This document shows positions 41,499 through 56,700 of a stretch of 64,000 nt of DNA, in pieces. The translations under genes were made by a program, and so were the position numbers. How positions within the stretch are numbered: the first letter of the stretch is position 1; each line of letters starts with the position of its first letter. The notes under the pieces are model-generated. The model was not told where the DNA came from. It saw nothing but the letters and a program-made list of their open reading frames with translations, and searched no databases. This DNA is from Utricularia gibba (Eukaryota; Plantae; Magnoliophyta): positions 1,612,001 to 1,676,000 of the forward strand of contig CM007992.1 of the NCBI GenBank assembly GCA_002189035.1, given 5' to 3'.

Positions 41499-42914
41499 TG
41501 ATAAACGGAAATTTTAGCATATTGTTGCAATTAAAACAAATCTTCGTATCAAATAAATTTATAATCCCTAATCTACACAAAATATAAATTTAGAAAACTT
41601 GTATAGTAGATATCGAGGTCAATCATGAAGAGCTTGTGCTTACTAAGTGTTTTAGTAAATGCATAATTCTGGATAACAGTGGTCTTAGTTTAAGCTCGGA
41701 TCAATAGTGGGTGGCAAACAAGTTTGGTAAGCAAGATCAAGTTTTAATGCGAAAGGTAACAAGTACTGATTCTAACTCAGAATAATACGAAGATGCCTTA
41801 AGGATCATTAGGTGGTGTTATGCTAAGGTGCCTAATTTAATTTACCATGTTCCTAAATTTACAATTTCAAATAACCTAAGTCTACCCAAATCATTCACCA
41901 TATTTTCGGCTAAGCTAGTCCCCAATATCATAACCAATATTGCAATCAGGTCTACCCGCATGCAATGCATACAGAACTAAGTCTACCCGGTTCTACTGGT
42001 TCCACCCTGGACTAACGCCAATTGCTCCCGCCTTGGCTTGTTGGTCTACCTCTAAACCAAGCATCTAAGTTGTGAAACTACTTGTTTCCCTCCTTAAGTC
42101 TACCCATGGTTTGTTAGAAACAAGAGTTAAGGAATACACATAAATTTCATCTACAACCCTAAGCACACACCACACCACTTCACCTTAAGGTATCCCTAAG
42201 ACTCTAACCACTCATGCTTGGGAAATAAAACACGATTTCATTCATGTAAGTTGGCCAAAATGGCAGAAACATTGTAAACAAGTCAAATGCAGAAACTTGA
42301 AATGTTCAGAAAACGGAAAGTAGATAAAAATTGTTCTTCCGCCCATTAGCTACTGTTCACCGCTCGGAACAGTAGCACTGGACTGGGCTTCGGTGGTGCT
42401 CTTGGTGATGAAGGCCTTCCTTCCCCCTTCTCGTTGGTGTTTTTCGTGTTGGAGAAGAAGCCCCCTTACGTCTCCTTGTTGTTCCCCCGTCTGTTGTTTT
42501 CCTCAACTTCGCGCTCTCCTTCCTTTTCGAATAATTTTCCCTTTTGCTTCACTCCATTGCACTGTTCCTGACTGCGAGTACTGTTCTTGGCCGCCAGCAC
42601 TGTTCCCGGCCTGAACTTGCAGACTGCGGTGGCAGCATAACAGTGCTCTTTGTCCTTCTCCGGATTTTGCACCTTTTTTCTCTTGTTTCACACGCTTGCA
42701 AGTCTGATTTTCGAGTGATTTCCCTGCTGAACTTACTGAAACATTAGTAACAAAAGTTGTGGACTAAATCAAAGGATTTATTCCACTTTTCACATAATCA
42801 CATGAGATTAACATAAATACCACTAAAACATGAAAAATCACATTTATCTAACCTAAACCATAATACAATATAACCATTTTGTATTTTGAAATTTAGGAAA
42901 AATGTGTGTTATCA
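41499..42914 (-). mobile_element. LTR (family B), inverted relative to 33416-34840
   Basis: Colinear reverse complement of the other copy (for example ttcggctaagctagtcccc, tctacccatggttt). Flanks gatat / cattg do not match. Confidence 0.85.
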
Positions 42915-43421
42915 CATTGGCTTGCTATCATGAGAACGAAGATTCTCATATTCAAATATAGTATCTGTGATAAAAAAAATATGTTAGTAAACAAACATTA
43001 ATATTTGTAAAATAATAAAAATGAATTGGCTAGGTTGGATTCCTTAATAGATAACAAATAAGATGTAAGCTTTATCACTGATTCCTCCCAAGTATCATAC
43101 ATATGCATGATAGCATGCCTAAGAGTAGTCCATCCAAGCTTATATAATATCTTGAAATGATAAACTTCATCAATATCATCAATAACATCAGAAACACGTA
43201 TCCTTGGATTCACTTTAAACTTATTCATTATATGAAGAGATACAAATTTGTTAATAATGTTATCATTTCATGTAAAATATAAATATAAAATGGTAATTTA
43301 ATTTTTGTGTATAAATTAAATAGTAAATGATGATGTGGAAATGATGTGGAGCACTACAAGCCAAAAATAGTTATATTATGAAATTATCTCTTCATTAGTT
43401 AGTAAGATAAGGAATTTGACC
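42915..43421 (-). mobile_element. MULE end fragment related to 17721-20430
   Basis: Matches ~19410-19740 (NPRIRVSDVIDDIDEVY) and the TIR ending gataaggaatttgacc. Confidence 0.85.
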
Positions 43422-43552
43422 GTTTAAATGTTGCATGTGGCAAACTCAACCTCCGTAGGCCCTTCTCTCTGTGGTTCATTTTCATGTTTTTACCAAAAGC
43501 CCTGAGTGTCTGTCTGTCAACACGAGCGCCAGCCACTCCCACCACTCACCCA

Positions 43553-44744
43553 ATGGATATGGAGATGCACAACAGTGACGGAGCCTTCGATGTGATCGTG
43601 GTCGGAGCCGGAGTAATGGGCAGCGCCGCCGCATACCAGACCGCAAAAAGAGGTCTCAACACTCTGCTTCTCGAGCAGTTCGATTTCCTCCACCACCGCG
43701 GTTCTTCCCATGGAGAATCCCGCACCACCCGGGTCACCTATCCGCAGCTGCACTATCCCAAAATGGTCTTAGAATCTTCTCGCCTCTGGGAAGAAGCCCA
43801 AACGGAAGCAGGATTCAAGGTCTATTTCAAAACCAGCCATGTCGACATGGGCCATCCCAAAGCGAGTCACTCCTCGCAATCGTTGAAAGTTGCCGCAGAA
43901 ACTCTATCCCCATCACAATTCTCCACGGGAATCAACTGTCTCAGGAGTTCTCCGGTGTTTTCAGGCTGCCGGAGGACTGGATCGCGGTGGTGAACGAGCA
44001 CGGCGGAGTTATAAAGCCGACGAAAGCGGTGGCCATGTTTCAAGCACTTGCGCTGCGCCACGGAGGCGTTCTCAAGGACAACAAACAAGTAATTGACATC
44101 TTCAAGGACCCATTGACGAGCGAAACAATCTTACGCACCGCCGATGCTGAAGAATTCCGATGCAAAAAATGCGTAGTCACGGTGGGGCTTGGACCAGAAA
44201 ACTGATCAGCAAAGTAAGTGGCGGCTTAGATCTACCGATTCAACCATTGGAGACCACCGTCATGTACTGGAAACTCAAAGACGGGTCTGAAAACAAATTC
44301 ACCATCAATAACGGCTTCCCCACATTCGCAAGCTACGGTGACCCCTACATCTACGGAACGCCGTCGTTAGAATTCCCAGGACTCATCAAAATCCCTGTGC
44401 ACGCCGGCGTCGCTTGCGACCCTGAGGAGCGAACGTGGGCGGCGCCGAAATCTGGGTTTGAGGCGCTGGCGCGGTGGATAAAGGACCGATTTGGGGATTT
44501 GGTGGAATCAGAGAAGCCTGTAATGATGCAATCCTGCTTATACTCCATGACGCCTGATGAGGATTTTGTGATCGATTTCTTAGGAGGTGAATTCGGGGAA
44601 AACGTCGTCGTTTGCGCCGGATTTTCAGGGCATGGGTTCAAGATGGCGCCGTTGATCGGACGCATAGCGGCGGATCTGGTGGAGCGTGGATCCACGCACG
44701 GCGTGGAGCTCGACCTCTTCAAGCTGGGAAGATTTCGAGAGTAA
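43553..44744 (+). pseudogene. SOX: Sarcosine/pipecolate oxidase copy 2 with two 1-nt deletions (possibly assembly errors)
   Basis: Near-identical to copy 1. GGG at 43849-51 versus GGGG in copy 1; GGGG at 44184-87 versus GGGGG. No other lesions seen. Confidence 0.85.
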
Positions 44745-44992
44745 AGCCAAAACAACTGATGGATCTGGAAGGCCAATTTCGATGGCCCATTTAATAAGAT
44801 GTAGGCCCAAAACCTATTAAGCCCCAATAATTAAATTTGGAAAAACAAAAAACAAATTATTTTCTATTTTAATAAGAATAGAAATTTAAAAATATTTTTA
44901 AATAAGCTACAGAAAACAAGTTTTAATTTTATTAAAAGTATTCTTAGAAAAACAAAATTAAACATAACCCCTAAGACCAAGGGATCCAATAT

Positions 44993-45989
44993 TTAAAAGT
45001 ATTTAATGGAGCGCTTGCCGACCAAGGGATCCAATATATGCCTCCACTCCTTGTACTCGAGAGCAGAGCCGGCGTCGGGCAGAGGGAACCCGTTCACGAA
45101 GAAGAACGGCGTCCCGTAGACTCCCCGTAGGCAACCAATCTGGTTAGGAATTAACCGCGGTTAGTGTTTTCACCTTTCTGTAAACCAAGCCAAAAGGCTT
45201 CCTTCCCTTTACCTTGAAAGCAGTTCTCGTTGCTGTGTTGGATTCTGAGTGGAGGAAAGCTTCTTCAACTGCGGAGCCGTAAGAGTCCCCGAGTTCATTG
45301 CCCACGAACTTCGCTATTTTATTGATAACACCCTCCCTGGAGAGCTCAGCTGTCGCGGCGTTATAGAATGTTTCCTGCATAACCCGCGACAAGTTTATTC
45401 ATCAACAATAGGTAGTAACTTACCCTGAATTTCAATAACTGGTTCTAAGTTTCGTAAAACAAGTTCAGCTGCACCTGTTGGTTGTAGAAAGCTTCCAATA
45501 GAGTGAAGGTAGCTGAGCTGTTCAATCCATTGACGATGTGCAGAGCTTGCGAAGTTGCAAACGAATTGTCATGATACCTGCAGCACCCACATCCACATCC
45601 CCATCAATCATTAACACCGCCCATGAGATTCAATGATTTTGAACAAATTGAAGAGGGAATTGAATTGAATCGAATAAGGGAATCCGGAACTAAAACCCTC
45701 AAGATTTAAAAGTTTCTAAGGAGCCTCACGGCAAAGTGAAAGTGTGAACGATGAGGCGCACAAGAGACCCGTATCGCTCTAGGGCCTTCTTGAGAGGCGG
45801 CCATGAATCTCGACTATCCGGGCAAACGGGATCGATGAACGCCTCGACAAGAACCGATTTCTCCTCCAAAACACTCCCTTGGTACCAAAAGCCGTCCTGC
45901 TCCGCGGGTATAGCTTGGGATACAACCGGAGAGAGCAGGAGGAGTAGGAGAAACCCAGTCGCAATCCGGTGAAAATCCTCCAAATCCAT
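44993..45989 (-). CDS. Secreted thioredoxin-fold / DsbA-like protein, 4 exons
   Basis: Exons 45989-45730, 45577-45475, 45374-45213, 45139-44993: signal peptide, VEAFIDPVCPDSRDSWPPLK, PYHDNSF, IGCLRGVYGTPFFFVNG. Confidence 0.9.
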
Positions 45990-46728
45990 TCTAGATGAGC
46001 TTCTCCTCGAAGAAACGCCCACCATGACTAAAGAGCGCAAACTCATCAACTCCCTCCCGCAACTGCCTGCAATCCTCTCTCGGATTCAAGGAAATGAAAT
46101 CACGATATCGTTGTTTTCCGGAGAAAGGAGTTCAAACCACAAGAAAAAATAAATAATTAGAAGAAAAGAGGTGAAGTTTCACCAGGACGTATTTCTCCCA
46201 TTTCCCGTACAGGTTCATCATGCGACACTTCATATTAAATTAAAAATTTTATATATTCATTGATAATTACCCCTAATGTGAAATTATGTTCTTTTATAAA
46301 TTAATCGATATTCAAGATTAATAAATTTAATTAATTGTATAATTTCAATATTGTATGGTAACATCAAAGTTCAATCTTGAATTTCCAAATTGTCAATAAA
46401 TTTCATTAGACAAAAAATGGATATTCGAATATATTAAAAAGAGAAAAGAAAATACAAATTCCACGTCATTTTTCAAAATTTTCTTTTCAATCTAATAATT
46501 TTTTGTATTCCATTTTTTCAAACTATTTCCGTTAATTCACAATTTTGAATAAAAAATAGTGATAACGTAATGTTGCAACTTTTGATTATTCTCCAACAAG
46601 GGGTTGGCCCATTCCATAAACCACTATATCCTTCCCTCTCTTCATATATTCTTTGTTCCAAGGCTCCCAGTGTCTCCAACTTCGCGCTAGTCTGGATCAC
46701 ACCAGGCGAATTCCCTGCTGTGTTCAAC

Positions 46729-49105
<2,377 letters not shown>

Positions 49106-49973
49106 CCGCCTTACTAATTCATGTGACTATATTTAATTCGAATGCTGGAAATATCCAACATATAAAATAAAAAAGAGAATTATTATTACTATTTTTTGCA
49201 CAATTTTTTATTCCGGAGGTAACTTTCTCGTTTTGGACGTTCGTTTTTTTTAGTTTAATTTAAAAAGTCGTAGTGTTGAATTAGTGACTAAACAAATAGT
49301 TAATTTTTCTTCGGAGAGTCGGGTCCGGGGACACCGGAGGTTGTCGTCCTTCGATTAGTACGAGTGCGGGTGAGGTTCTTCGTCTCCTCCGAGGTCGTCG
49401 CTCCATTTGATCGAAATCTATTGTCAAATCGAGAAATGTGTTCGAGTGCGATGCGGTCTGTTCATGTAAGCCAACGCATTACTTTTCTTCTAGATCTCAG
49501 ACCTTTATGTGTTAGCGGTTTGCTAAATGCTGAATTTTGGATTCTCTTGGAGTTTTTTTAGCAATTGATGAGATGCCCTGCCATAATATCATAAATCGTT
49601 TTGCGTAGGTGTCTATGCTGTGCCTGTATAGTATTCATACGTTGATTCAGATGTTCTTGGTTAGGGAATAACCTCCGTTACTGGTTTGACGAATTCATTA
49701 GTCGCCGTTACTTCTCTATATTAAGTGGATATTTGAGGTTATTGAAACTAGAGCATGCATGATGTTGCTTGGTTTTTTATTTGATCGATGTTGTATACTA
49801 CGAGTGTTGATTCATGATGGTGATAAAATGAGTTCATGTGAGCTCTCGAGATTATTGTCCCAGGAGGGTGATCTGGTGGCCTCAACTCATTCAGGAAATG
49901 CGTGATTTATGTTTTCCATGGTTGTGACCTATTATTGTCATGGTGTTTTAGATCTAAAGTTTAATCAAGATAC

Positions 49974-51725
49974 ATGGAAATGCAATTGGAAGATCGCAAT
50001 TACAAGACTGGGGATGATTCAGAAGCAGAACCTATTTTGTCTTCCCCTTCTGCGGCAAATGTATCAAACGAATGTTCTTCCTCGGTTGAGATTTCAGTAG
50101 ATGGTGATTCTTCTGTAGTTGTTGATCCATCGGTTTCTCATACTGATGAAGGAGTTGTTTTGGTTGATGCTGAGCAACCTCAATGCCGCATATGCTTTGA
50201 TGCTGAAGGTTTTACAGTTGCTTACATAAAATTTATCATGCGGAGCAAATGTTTTCAGACAACAGTTAACACCTCCATTGAAATGAATTTTACAAAAGGA
50301 TTCACCTCTCTAGAAGTTTCAATATTTAATTTGGCATTTTAATGTCAGGAGAAGACTTAATTGCACCATGCTACTGTAAAGGAACCCAAAAGTACGTCCA
50401 CAGGTCATGCCTTGATAACTGGAGGTCATCAAAGGTTTATAGCGTAATTGTTTTCTATCCTTTCAGTTTTAACTCTATATTGTATGCTAAATTCCTTTTT
50501 TGATCTGTATGGTTATGAAATCCAGGAGGGGTTTGCCTTTGCTCACTGCACTGAATGCCGAGCAAAGTTTAGATTGCGTGCAAATGTAACTCCTGATCGT
50601 TGGTGGCTAAGATTAAAGTTTCAGTGTCTTGTTGCCAGGGACCATGCGGTCATCTTCATTATTGTTCAGCTGGTAGGGAAAGTGCCTCTCGATCAAAATT
50701 TTTTACCTTGTCCCATGTCTAGTTGCTTCCTTTTTACTATTGTTGAATTGTAATGCCTCCATTTAAAACTGTCCCTAGGTTGTTGCATTTCTAGGTGTTC
50801 TGGTGTACAAATTTTATGGAGAAGAACTGCGGAAAATGTTTGGCTATGAAGAACACCCATACGGTTTTTATGTTATGGCAGGTAAAATTATGTGGTTTCA
50901 ATTTGTGTTTTTTCTTCATCGTTGTGTTTGATTACTACCTGGACCAGAGCAAACCCTCACACATGTTCTGTAAATATGGATCAAACTAGCTGACTCCTCA
51001 ATATGGGAAACCATTAATGTCTTGCTGTTGGCTGTCAGCATGGATCAAAAAACCATTTATAGATGGCTCCTTTACGTTGTCCTGGTTCCCAATTATCAGT
51101 TTTTTTCCTAGTCTTGTGTTAGTGTGTTGCAAGAGTTGTTTGATGAAACAAATCCAATGATATCTTGAAGGAAATGTTCATGTTTTTTTTCTTCTGATGA
51201 ATTTAGTGTCATCTAGACGATTCTTTTAGAAGCAGCCATTTTAATGCTTTTTTTGTGCCCAGTCTGATAGCCTTCTTTATCATTGCTCGACAAATTTTCT
51301 TGTCCATTGTAGTGAGACCTTCAAGAACTTGCAGTTTTGGCTATTTTGTTGGTGGGGTTGCTTTACGGCTTCTTCATTGCAATTATATGTGCACAGCAGA
51401 TCAATGAACGCCACTACCATGTTCTTGCCAAGCAAGAGCCTACCAAGGTTTAGTGTGATTCATTTTTGGATATCGTATCTTCAATATTATCGTGTTACAC
51501 ACTAATCAAGTCTACAATCGAAAACATTCCTTCTACTGTCTGAGGAATATAAATTGATTGTTTTAAGATTCAATCTGTTGCTAGTCATTTCATTATCCTC
51601 ATCTGCCCTAATTGCATGTTCTGGCGTCTCAGGAATATGTGGTGGAAGACCGTGATCCATATAGAGACTCTCAGGAACTCGATCTTATCCATGTGAATGA
51701 ACTCAGAGAACTTGGCCTATATTAA
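49974..51725 (+). CDS. RING-CH (RINGv/MARCH) membrane E3 ligase, 6 exons
   Basis: CRIC..LIAPCYCKGTQKYVHRSCLDNWR..HCTEC, transmembrane segments, ERHYHVLAKQEPTK/EYVVEDR..LRELGLY*. Confidence 0.92.
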
Positions 51726-52099
51726 GGTCAGTGCACACTTGCATTCTATATAGAATTTATGATTTTCTTTTGTCATCTTACCAATTTTTGCTTCCCAACT
51801 GTTTGTCATATTAAAGCTCTTTTCTGATAATATTCTGTTCAAGCCAAAATAATCACAGGATTTCCAGGGCTGTTGGTTCCAGGATCGATGCATGTTTGTG
51901 GATCATAGGAAGATGTGTCCGTCCGAATGCCTCTTCGGGTTGAAAAAAGCACAACGCTTGGGAGACAGGTGACGATTTCGAAGCTTTTTAGCAGAATTTC
52001 AAGAACAGGGGAAGCTGATCAGGAGAACATGGATCATGTTGGTTGATTCAGTTATTGAATGACACATTCGAGGTTTTTCACGATGAGGAAGAGCAGAAA

Positions 52100-53351
52100 T
52101 CATTCTGGTTTACCGATGGTTTTGGCAACATCGAGGACGAAGCGGTACTTGACGTCGCCTCTTTTTAAGCGTTCCATTGCCTGGTTCACGTACTCCACTC
52201 GAATGAGCTCAACATCCGCGTACACCTTATTCGCCGCCGCGAAATCTATCATCTCCTGGGTCTCTTTAATCCCTCCGATCAAGCTCCCACCCAGAGTCTT
52301 CCGCCCCGCCACCAGCGGGAAAACCTTAACCTCCATCTTCTCCGGCACCCCCAAAATCACCATCTTCCCGTGTGGCTTCAGCAAGTTTATCAACTCCGAC
52401 ACCGGATGTACTGCGGACACAGTGTCGATTATCCCATCCATCGTCCCGGCCGCCGCTTTCATCTCCTCCGTGTCCTCTCTGGTTACGATAACCCTGTCGG
52501 CCCCGAGTTCTTCGACGGCGGGCTTCCTCTTTTGTGGGGACGAGGTGATGACGGTCACTTTGGACCCGAAAGCTTTCGCGAATTTCACGGCTATGTGCCC
52601 CAGACCCCCCAGCCCGACGACACCGATATGGAGGTTGGGCTTGTCGAGTCCGTAGTATCTCATCGCGCTGTACGTCGTCGTTCCGGCGCATAGCAGCGGC
52701 GCCCCGCGGTCCAGAGGGAGGCCTTCCGGCCACCGGATTACGAAGTTCTCGTCAACCACGAGGATGTCCGAGTACCCACCGAAAGTCACCCTCCGGTCGG
52801 CGCCCTCGCTGTTGTAAGTATACACCTGCAACACACACAAAACACAGTGGGTATTTTTCAAAAAAAGCCCCCCGAGTAACCTAAAAGTTGCTGGATTCAT
52901 CTCCTTTAATAAAAGGATTTCTCACCGTTTGGGAGCAATAATTCTCCAGATGATTACGGCACTGATAGCATTTTCTGCAGGATCCCACCATGCAGCCGAC
53001 TCCAATCTTGTCACCTATCTTCACCTTTTGGACCTTTGAACCCACTTCAGTAACCGACCCGACAATCTCATGACCCGGCACAAGGGGGTAACTCGAGATT
53101 CCCAACTCGTTCCTGGCAAGATGAAGATCCGAGTGACAGATCCCACAGTAGAGGATGTTAAGCTTCACGTCATGCTCCCCAGTCCTTCGCCTCGAGAACT
53201 TGAAGGATGAGAGCGTCCCGGATGGATCCCAAGCGGCCCACCCGAATGCCTTCACAGGGTACAAATCTTCCCAATAAGTGCTGCTGGCCTTCTCTATCCC
53301 TGGAGGCGAGACGGAAGAAAGGGATTGGTAAAATTTGTAGGGTATGCGCAT
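52100..53351 (-). CDS. CAD: Cinnamyl-alcohol-dehydrogenase-like MDR (class II CAD / 8HGO / mannitol dehydrogenase type), 2 exons
   Basis: [47 protein letters not shown]. Single intron 52826-52925. Start codon uncertain. Confidence 0.93.
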
Positions 53352-53569
53352 CGCTGCTTTGCAGACTCTGCAGATGAACGTCATAGTTCTTTTTTGTTTT
53401 TTTTCGCCGTGAACCTTAACTCTAAAATACCATTTTATAGCTAAAGCAAGGGAGAGGTATTGTTGTTTTGATGAAGACGAGGATTCTGGTTCTTTGCTTT
53501 CCTGCGGAAGAGGAGATGGAATGTCTGTGACTGCAGTTTTCTGAAGACCGTCTGCATGCGGATGCATCT

Positions 53570-53733
53570 AATCTGCTCAAGAAAGGGATCACCAATTTGT
53601 TATTGTGATGGGCCCGTTATTATATTGGGCCTTTTCTAGAACACTGTACGGTCAGCCCATGTCAGAACCCACAAATCCCATTTTGGAGGAGGAGACTTCC
53701 ATTTTACTTCTACGTTTTGTGTGCGTGTGTGCA
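53570..53733. promoter_or_regulatory. Short divergent promoter between CAD and the pseudouridine synthase, with site II motifs
   Basis: TGGGCC at ~53609 and ~53626 and AGCCCA at ~53654, between head-to-head start codons ~380 bp apart. Confidence 0.55.
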
Positions 53734-56700
53734 ATGCTTCTACGTTGTTATCGGAGCTCTGGGATGTTGGCCTTCCAGTCTCTGTCTGGGTGCTCAGCGA
53801 GGCCAGTGAATAGCATATTCCGGATAAATTCTTCCGTTCTCAGGATTGTGTGCAATGCTTGTTCGAGTTCAAATTCCTTTCTTGGTTTGACCTCCAGCCA
53901 CGGTGGCTGCAAGCTTTCTGGTCAGCCTTCAGGTTACTCTGGTGTTAGAATCGAAGAAACGGTGAGTGTGGAGTCTGGGAAGCATAGATTGGATACATGG
54001 ATTTCTTCTCGGATTGATGGGATCAGTAGGGCTAGAGTTCAAGCTAGCATCCGCTCTGGATTGGTGTTTGTCAATGGAAGCGTTGTAAATAAGGTTCCTG
54101 GATTTTTCTCCTTTTTGTTCTTGTGGCTTTTATGCTTAGTACTACTAAGTTAGTAGTATGATTTTGTTATGAATATGTAATGGTGAATTGAAGGTTTCCT
54201 ACTTAGTGAGACATGGGGACAAAGTGAGTTGCACCGTGGCCGAGTTGCAGCCTTTGAGAGCTGAACCCGAGGACATTCCACTGGATATTGTACATGAAGA
54301 CGAGCACGTTCTAGTGGTCAATAAACCTGCACACATGGTGATTCCTTCACACGGTGCTTTTTCTTCGCTGAGTTTGTGAAGGGCCGCCACACTTAGGGAA
54401 TTGACTGAAACATTCTGTGAAATTGCTTCATTTTCTTCCGATTTAATTCTTTGGCAGTGCAGCATTGTTGTTTGCTTGTCATAGCAAACAACGCTGTGTA
54501 AATTTTCTAAACCTTTTTGCGAAGTTTCTCGTTAATTTGATGATATTATGGGTGATAAGAACTCATTCATATCAAGTTTTCCCAATTTCAGGTTGTGCAT
54601 CCAGCACCCGGAAATGCATCTGGTACACTTGTGAATGGAATTCTCGGTCATTGTCAGCTTCCCACTCCATATTTCAGTCCAGATCCAGAGATTGATGGTG
54701 ATTCCTCTGATGAAATCACTGCCGAATCTATTCATAGAATTCGTGATGGAAGCATCAATTTTGGCTTATCCGAGGATGTGCGCCCTGGAATCGTGCACAG
54801 ATTAGATAAAGGGACCAGTGGATTGCTTGTCATTGCAAAGGTAATCATTATCCGGGCTACAAAAATCTCAAGAAACTTCTGAATTTTGTTTTTGGTGTTA
54901 TCCTTCCTGACGCAGGATGAATATTCACACTCCCATTTAGCTAAACAGTTTAAGGAACACACTATTAAGAGAGTTTACGTGAGTATTACCTGTGGTGTCC
55001 CCTCATCTGACTCTGGACTTGTAGAAGTACCTGTTGGTCGTGATCCAAACAACAGGATTCGCATGGCTGCCATTCCTGGGTCTGTTGCTAATGGAAAGTC
55101 CCGCCGTGCTGTTAGTAGGTGATCACAGTTTTTTCAAATTTGATCGTTGTCCCTATAGTTCGTTTTTTAAGTCAAATCTATTGCACTTCTAAGCTGATCG
55201 GTAGTTACATTTTTGAAGTAATCTTTTGCAGTCGGAGTATGTCTTCTATGATAAATTCTAAAGCTTCTTCTCACAGTAACTCCCTAGTTCAGATAGTTGA
55301 TTGCTGTGAGCCCAATAAATCGAAAGTTCATAACCCTTACACCCTTTGTGGTCTGACGAATGAGGAACCAGTGACATCCGTTGGTCATCATTCAAGACTT
55401 GAATCTGGTTTTGTTCATAATAGTGAAGTTAACAGCCGAGTTGGAGCTCAGCTTTCAATTTATTTTGACCTCCTGCATAGACTGAGTAACTCAAATGCAT
55501 CACTTTGCCAAATACGGCAGACCCATGCAATACTACTCAGAACAGGCCTTCTTGATATCTGCAAGTGCAGCAACAAGCTACTGTCTCTTTATGCCAGTCA
55601 AAAACACTTTTCTGATGCCAAAAGCCTTCTTCGTTCTATTTTACACCCAGATTCTCATGCTTTCACCACCCTTATTACTTCGTTTTCTAAAGCTAGCGAT
55701 TCTGAGAGCACTATCATTTTATTTTCTGAAATGCTTAGGATTGGACTTTTCCCAGATGCTCATGTTTTACCTAGTGTAATCAGGGCGTGCGCTGGAATGT
55801 TAGTTTTTGAAATTGGAAAACAGGCTCATGGGTTTTCTGTAGCATCTGGGCTGTTTTTGGATCCTTTTGTAGAATCTTCTTTGGTTCATTTCTATGTGAG
55901 AATTGGAGAGCTAAGTGATGCTAAAAAATTGTTCTGCAATATGGTTGAGAAGGATGTTGTTTCTTGGAGTGCCTTAGCTGCTGCTTATGCAAGGAAAGGT
56001 GATATAATTAATGCAAAAGGGGTATTTGATGCAGTTGAGTGTCTTGGGTTTGAGCCAAATATTGTGTCATGGAATGGTATGATTGCAGGGTTCAATCAAA
56101 GTGGGTGTTTCCAGGATGCAATTTCAATGTTTCAGCAGATGCATTCGCGTGGATTTCCCTCTGATGGGACTAATATCTCTAGTGTTCTTCCTGCAATAGG
56201 TAACTTGGGATATTTGAATTTGGGCACTCAAATTCATGGGCATGTGATCAAGGGCGGTTTTGCTGGTGATAAGTGTATTGTAAGTGCACTTATTTATATG
56301 TATGGCAAGTGTGGGAATGCTTCCGCGATGCTGCTTGTATTTGAAGATATGGACCGAATTGATGTTGGTGTCTGTAATGCCCTAATTGCAGGGCTGGCTC
56401 AACACGGTCTTTTTGACAAGGCACTCAGTACATTTGAGCAACTGCGTCACCTTGGAATGGAAAACGTAGTTTCCTGGACTTCAGTGATAGCAGGCTGCTC
56501 ACAGCATGGAAGGGATATTGAGGCTTTGAGGCTTTTCAGAGAAATGCAGGCCTCTGGTGTGAAACCAAACTCAGTGACCATACCTTGCTTGCTTCCAGCT
56601 TGCGGAAATATTGCAGCTCTCATGTATGGAAAAGCTGTGCATTGTTTTTCTCTCAGAAGCTACTTATCAGATGATGTTTATGTTGGCAGTGCTTTGATAG

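Noticed and set aside
52059-52733. Several long ORFs overlapping CAD
   Set aside because: Antisense or alternative-frame shadows with no recognisable motifs.
55119-55238. 858-aa PPR starting at 55119
   Set aside because: That GTG is the intron 4 splice donor; the first ATG is 55239.
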